Below are positions 62,568-64,000 of a DNA stretch of 64,000 nt, one piece after another. This DNA is from Gammaproteobacteria bacterium (GTDB taxonomy: Bacteria > Pseudomonadota > Gammaproteobacteria > UBA4575): assembly GCA_965221955.1 (NCBI GenBank), contig CBDCTA010000018.1:32001-96000 (forward strand), written 5' to 3'. Every line of letters starts with the position of its first letter. The first letter of the stretch is position 1. The notes beneath the pieces are model-generated. The model saw only the letters and a list, made by a program, of their open reading frames with translations. It did no database searches and had not been told where the DNA came from. The position numbers and the translations under genes are program-made.

Positions 62568-63740
62568 TTACGATTTATTCCATAAAGGCGCTGGAAGAAT
62601 ATAGTCTCGATAGTTATTTGGATCACCCACTTCACCTGCCTCAGCAGCTTTTATGATGTTATACATTTCTCTTGCGCTTACATAGTGTAAAAAATTATTT
62701 TTCTTATCATTGTAAGTATTCTCTAGATCAGTAAAGAACTGATCCATCTCAGATCCCAATAAAAATTCCATATTTTCTTCTTGTGCGCCATGAGTATGAA
62801 GCTTAATAAACACCCACTCTTCTCTGCCTTTTACATGGATATTACATCGCAACCAATGTTTCATTCTATTAATAGTGGGACGTTGCTCTATCCGAATATC
62901 TGAGTTTTCAATTTTAGGAATCTTAAGTATTCCTCGCTCTTCCCACGTTATGCATAAAGGGCCCTGAACTATCATTAAATCACCAGACTCATCACCACGT
63001 ACTCTCACATCTATACCATCATTATGAGATTTAGGTTTAGATGGATCATCCTTTGCATAGTAAATACTGTTGATTTTCTTTGTTTGCGAACTATCTGGAG
63101 CGGCAGGTAAAGTAAAGTCAGCATAACAATCTAATTCCTTTAACAAAAGAATTTCGTTATTTAGCCCACACCATTTTCCATCCGATCGAGAATTATCTAA
63201 ACACCAATTACCATGAATAAAACCCCATTTTATCTTGCCTGATTTAGGGCACTTTGAGAGTGCTCCATGATCTTCATGCAAGGTTTTTACAAATGCCTCA
63301 ATGGTATTGCAGAAATTTTCTTCATTATCATCATTATGGTGAATATGTACTTCAATTTCGCCAAAACCTTCGCTACATAATTTAGCAATTTTATCTAAAT
63401 AACTTTTCTCATACTCTTCTTCTGGATAAAAAAACGAATGCTTTGGATAACAGCCATCAGCATCTTTATGACATGAAGCAATTTTTTTATACTCTTTTGA
63501 CCATCTCTCAACACGTTGAGCTTCAACTTTTTTATCAGGTTTCCCCCACATTGGTTCATAATGATCCACAAAACAAAACATAATGTGTCTAGGTAATGAA
63601 GAGGCACGTGAAAAACTTAATTTACTTAAGTAATAAGTAGGCACCCATATATGGGCATTTCTAGTCTTGAGAATAAAATAGATTAAAATGGCTAAACTGA
63701 ACCCGACACCGAAAAGTATATATAGCCACAACAAACTCAC
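62568..63740 (-). CDS. Membrane-anchored hypothetical protein, possible CE4-like metal hydrolase
   Basis: N-terminal TM, then FVDHYEP, EIEVHIHH, FIHGNWCLDN, YADFT and KLHTHG. Confidence 0.6.
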   Translation of the reverse strand: MSLLWLYILFGVGFSLAILIYFILKTRNAHIWVPTYYLSKLSFSRASSLPRHIMFCFVDHYEPMWGKPDKKVEAQRVERWSKEYKKIASCHKDADGCYPKHSFFYPEEEYEKSYLDKIAKLCSEGFGEIEVHIHHNDDNEENFCNTIEAFVKTLHEDHGALSKCPKSGKIKWGFIHGNWCLDNSRSDGKWCGLNNEILLLKELDCYADFTLPAAPDSSQTKKINSIYYAKDDPSKPKSHNDGIDVRVRGDESGDLMIVQGPLCITWEERGILKIPKIENSDIRIEQRPTINRMKHWLRCNIHVKGREEWVFIKLHTHGAQEENMEFLLGSEMDQFFTDLENTYNDKKNNFLHYVSAREMYNIIKAAEAGEVGDPNNYRDYILPAPLWNKS

Positions 63741-64000
63741 CTAGAAGTCCTTTCCCATGCTGGATTGACGTTACTTGATAAATATTTAAAGAAACCTACA
63801 AATAACGCAGCATTCATACTAACAAAGAATATTATTATAGAGATTATTTTTGGCATTTTATCTGTAAATGAAAATATCATTGAGAATGCTGAAAAAATGT
63901 AGACTGACAGTTGAATAACTAGCAAAATCATGAACACTGGGTTTTCTACCAGAATAATGCTTGTAATTAAACACAGTAATAGTAAATGAGGGGCAAACCA
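63737..64000 (-). CDS. C-terminal part of a membrane-bound GT2 glycosyltransferase (5' end lies outside the window)
   Basis: The frame is open to base 64000: WFAPHLLLLCL...MNAALFVGFFKYL...WERTSR. This resembles the TM tail of GT2 enzymes in EPS loci. It overlaps the next gene by 4 nt (GTGA). Confidence 0.7.
   Translation of the reverse strand, partial: WFAPHLLLLCLITSIILVENPVFMILLVIQLSVYIFSAFSMIFSFTDKMPKIISIIIFFVSMNAALFVGFFKYLSSNVNPAWERTSR

Noticed and set aside
1-64000. CRISPR array, IS element, rRNA or integron cassette array
   Set aside because: I found no regularly spaced DNA repeats, transposase, integrase or rRNA-like sequence by eye. Weak repeats could have been missed without a self-dotplot.

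Overview
64 kb of a gammaproteobacterial chromosome (standard genetic code; lineage not determinable here). Bases ~0.4-18.9 kb hold mostly housekeeping genes: uvrB, a class I aminotransferase, tRNA-Asn(GTT), galU, a ComEA-type gene, pyrF, lapB, lapA, ihfB, rpsA, cmk, aroA (split by a 1-bp insertion), tyrA and pheA. This block is interrupted by an orphan Bro-N gene and an AT-rich glycosylation islet after the tRNA. From ~19 kb to the right edge is a large, AT-rich, PEP-CTERM-associated surface-glycan region. It encodes one intact and one decayed PEP-CTERM gene, ten GT2/GT4 enzymes, a GT-C enzyme, two Wzx flippases, four methyltransferases, two or three deacetylases, GNAT and LbH acyltransferases, stand-alone formyltransferase, adenylation and ACP genes, a GlpD-like oxidoreductase, a PLP decarboxylase and several secreted proteins. 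No exosortase, clear Wzy/Wzc, integrase, transposase, rRNA or CRISPR array was seen. The main leads are: (1) a lipoprotein whose FN3 domain appears to lack strand A, next to a secreted glycoside hydrolase ending in an isolated FN3 strand-A peptide (possible docking by strand complementation); (2) a dissociated formylation-adenylation-thiolation module inside a glycan locus; (3) an active/degenerate polyprenol-phosphate GT2 pair; (4) two elements missed by the ORF track, a PEP-CTERM pseudogene and a left-edge paralog of a QueC-like PP-loop protein. All family calls come from motif recognition by eye, not database searches.
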